This document shows, piece by piece, positions 61,613-64,000 of a stretch of DNA of 64,000 nucleotides. This DNA is from Anolis carolinensis (taxonomy: Eukaryota), in assembly GCF_035594765.1 (NCBI RefSeq), contig NC_085844.1:160658107-160722106 (forward strand), written 5' to 3'. Each line of letters begins with the position of its first letter. Position 1 is the first letter of the stretch. Position numbers and translations under genes: made by a program. The notes below the pieces were generated by a model that was given only the letters and a program-made list of their open reading frames with translations, was not told the origin of the DNA and did no database searches.

Positions 61613-62038
61613 GCGGAATGCTTAGGGGAATCTCTTATTTTGGTGTGCACCACAAGGCACCTCTGTTTTGGTGTTGGCCAGAGGCGTGAATCCTCGCTTA
61701 GGGTTTTTACAGCCCCGGCGAGGGTGAACGATTATGGCCTTGGAATGGGAGACTTTGACCTCATTTGTTTCGGAGGCAAAACTCTCCAACACATTCCCCT
61801 TTAGGTCATCCAGGTTTAGATAGACTGGGGACCTGGTGTTTCGCCCTAAATTCAGTCTTAATGGATGGTCGGGTATGACCACTAATATCGGCTTATGCCT
61901 TACCAAATTCTTAGATGGCTAAGGATTTTTGGCCCTAGTTCCAAATTAAAGTTAAATAGGTAACTATCAATAAAGTTGCCCAGTTTTAAACCCAAGCTTA
62001 CTTGTCTTGTCTCGTTATTTCGGAGGGTTGGAGGGCAA
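61613..62038 (+). repeat. Ngaro repeat B2
   Basis: Copy of B1. Confidence 0.95.
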
Positions 62039-62619
62039 ATGCTCATATGATAACTGATTTGGTGGATCTGCATTGGATGCAATTAGCAAAAAGACTCAGG
62101 CTTAATACATCTCTAACCAAAACTTGAGAGCAACAATTCTCAATTAATGCAGTTACCTACAATTAGTTTTAGCTTTAGTTATTTTTGTGAGGTTGTGATG
62201 AAGTCACATTTCAAAAGTAATATAAATAAAAATGGTAGGGGAATTGATACAACAAGCAATACTTTCTAGTACTTTTCTAGAACCACTTTGAGTGTTATTT
62301 TTGAATTAAAATATTCAAAAGAAAATTTCAAAACGTAGCAAATCATCAGATGCAAAATAGTGTTACTTTAAAAAAATTACCATGACTAGAAGGTATGAAT
62401 TGCTTAACACATGTATTGAAGCTCAGTACAACGTCATTATACATGTACATATGCTTCAACCACCTCCGCAGTTCTCTACTGCACAAGAAATGACACCAGT
62501 AAAAAATAGAGTAAACACTTGGAGCAAGTGTACATAAGCAAGAAAATATGCAGAAAATTTTATAAAATCACCCAATGAGGTTGAAGGCATGCATTGTAAG
62601 GTTGAAACAAGATTTACAA

Positions 62620-62990
62620 CTACCAGAACATTAAGATCATCTGGGGAGGCCCTGCTCTCAATCCCGCCCGCCTCTCAAGCACGGTTGGTGGGGACGAGAG
62701 ACAAGGCCTTCTCGGTAGTGGCTCCTCGGCCGTGGAACTCCCTCCTCAGCAACATCCGGCAGGCTCCATCCCTTCTGGGGTTCAGAAAGAAACTGAAGAC
62801 CTGGCTATGCGAGAAAGCATTTAAAGAATAAGTTTTCGTTGCTTCGACGTGGTCTGGATTAAGGTTTTTGTACAAGGTCTGGCGGATGAATGGCACAAGC
62901 ATTTTTCACTGTTTTAATTTTGTTTATTGTATATTATGATACTATTTAAATGTTTTAACTGTTTTAATGTTATTTTATTGAATACTTATT
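62620..62990 (+). mobile_element. L2 LINE 3' fragment
   Basis: RTLRSSGEALL..RDKAFSVVAPRPWNSL..IRQAPSL..FRKKLKTWL..AF* followed by a T-rich UTR. Confidence 0.85.
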
Positions 62991-63448
62991 ATTAAATACT
63001 TAAGTCCAGTATTTAATGCAAGAAAGAAAGATACAAGGTTCTGCATTAACTATCTCTGCTTTAAGTCCAGCATTTAATTCAAGAAAGATACAAGATCCTG
63101 CATTAAATATGCTGTTTATACTTCATGTACTTAAATATACAGTATATCTTGCAGACATCAGCACAGGGCTCCACATTACTTTCAAAGCATCAGCTCATAC
63201 TAGTAGGGATGTCCTAATTTCTCTTGGACTTACTTTTCTCCTATGAATTTGCCATTTTGATTGGACTGCTTTTATTCATGGAAAAAACTGCAGAAAGCTA
63301 TCTTAAAGAAAAGGAAAAATGGGTTAAACATAGTAAAATAAGAGCATAAAACTGTGATCAGTAGACATCAACCATGCCACACTTTGAAGGCAACAACATT
63401 TTGGTTCAAGATGCTGGGGGAAGCCAAACTATTCATCCAGAAATAAAT

Positions 63449-63507
63449 AGGTAAAGGTTTTCCCCTGACATTAAGTCTAGTCGTGTCTGAATTTAGGGGT
63501 TGGTGCT
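63449..63507 (-). mobile_element. Sauria SINE 3' end, interrupted
   Basis: ggtaaaggttttcccctgacattaagtc..ggggttggtgct; similarity stops abruptly at tgtaaca. Confidence 0.75.
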
Positions 63508-64000
63508 TGTAACAGATTTTGCCTACCTTACAAGGTTGGTAGGTGGCCCACTTTGCAGGACTGGTGTGCAGCCGTTTTGTAAACAGGGCTGCTGGTGTGG
63601 CCATTTTGCAGGCCTTACTTGCAGAAGCTCAGCAGAGCAAGGGGTAGGAGCAGTCAAACAGCCATTACAATAGGTGCAGTCTGATTGGCTGATGCAAATG
63701 AGAAGTTGCTTAGCAACTGGAAATGGGTGGAGCCAGGGAGCCAGGAAATTCTTTTTCAGTTAGTGTTTGGAAATCAACCAGTTAGGAGTTGGTTTTTAGA
63801 ATTCACTCAGTTGGAACCGTGTTTTAAAAGGAATCCTTTTTGAGGAAATATAGTTAAATTCTTCAGGAAAGGAAGGACTGAGAACTATATTTGTGAGCTC
63901 TATAGTCTAGAGTATTGTTGTTTAAATCCCAGGAAAAGTGGATTTAAAAGTAAATTGTCCTGATTGTGTTTCCTTGGTGTAGGAACTGTTGCACCCCTAG
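63508..64000 (+). mobile_element. Probable LTR inserted into the SINE, running off the window
   Basis: TGTAACA start exactly at the SINE break; ctgattgg and gggtggagcc promoter motifs. Confidence 0.55.

Larger units (their letters stand above)
54689..62038 (+). mobile_element. Full-length Ngaro-type (DIRS order) tyrosine-recombinase retrotransposon
   Basis: Split direct repeats A1 (54689-54826), B1 (60896-61321), A2 (61320-61457), B2 (61613-62038); Gag, RT-RNase H, YR and SGNH hydrolase ORFs; no conventional TSD. Confidence 0.95.

Noticed and set aside
60905-61906. Duplicated 94-aa minus-strand ORF
   Set aside because: Consequence of the B1/B2 repeat; no coding signature.
63001-63107. Short imperfect tandem duplication (about 61-bp period)
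   Set aside because: Ordinary local duplication with no further signal.

Overview
Vertebrate (squamate reptile, Anolis-like repeat content) non-genic DNA dominated by transposable elements. I could not support any host protein-coding exon, rRNA, tRNA or CRISPR array. Two large, young elements stand out. (1) A 6.8-kb BEL/Pao LTR retrotransposon (1303-8136; 716-bp LTRs identical by eye; CTAGT TSD). It keeps Gag-protease but has lost RT/RNase H by an in-frame deletion and part of the integrase core, and it has no tRNA-type PBS but a flush 9-nt complement to its own LTR. (2) A 7.35-kb Ngaro-type tyrosine-recombinase retrotransposon (54689-62038; split direct repeats A1..B1-A2-spacer-B2) encoding Gag, RT/RNase H, YR and an SGNH hydrolase. 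Splice signals would join the basic/coiled-coil Gag N-terminus in frame to the hydrolase, and a highly base-paired spacer lies between A2 and B2. Also present: an older Ngaro 5' remnant, a solo LTR with an internal small ORF, CR1, L1, L2 and Penelope fragments (with hammerhead-ribozyme cores), tRNA-derived and Sauria SINEs, a non-autonomous Helitron, hAT and Harbinger-like MITEs, microsatellites, and a SINE insertion that created a 121-bp fold-back palindrome. All identities and alignments were judged by eye; no searches were run.
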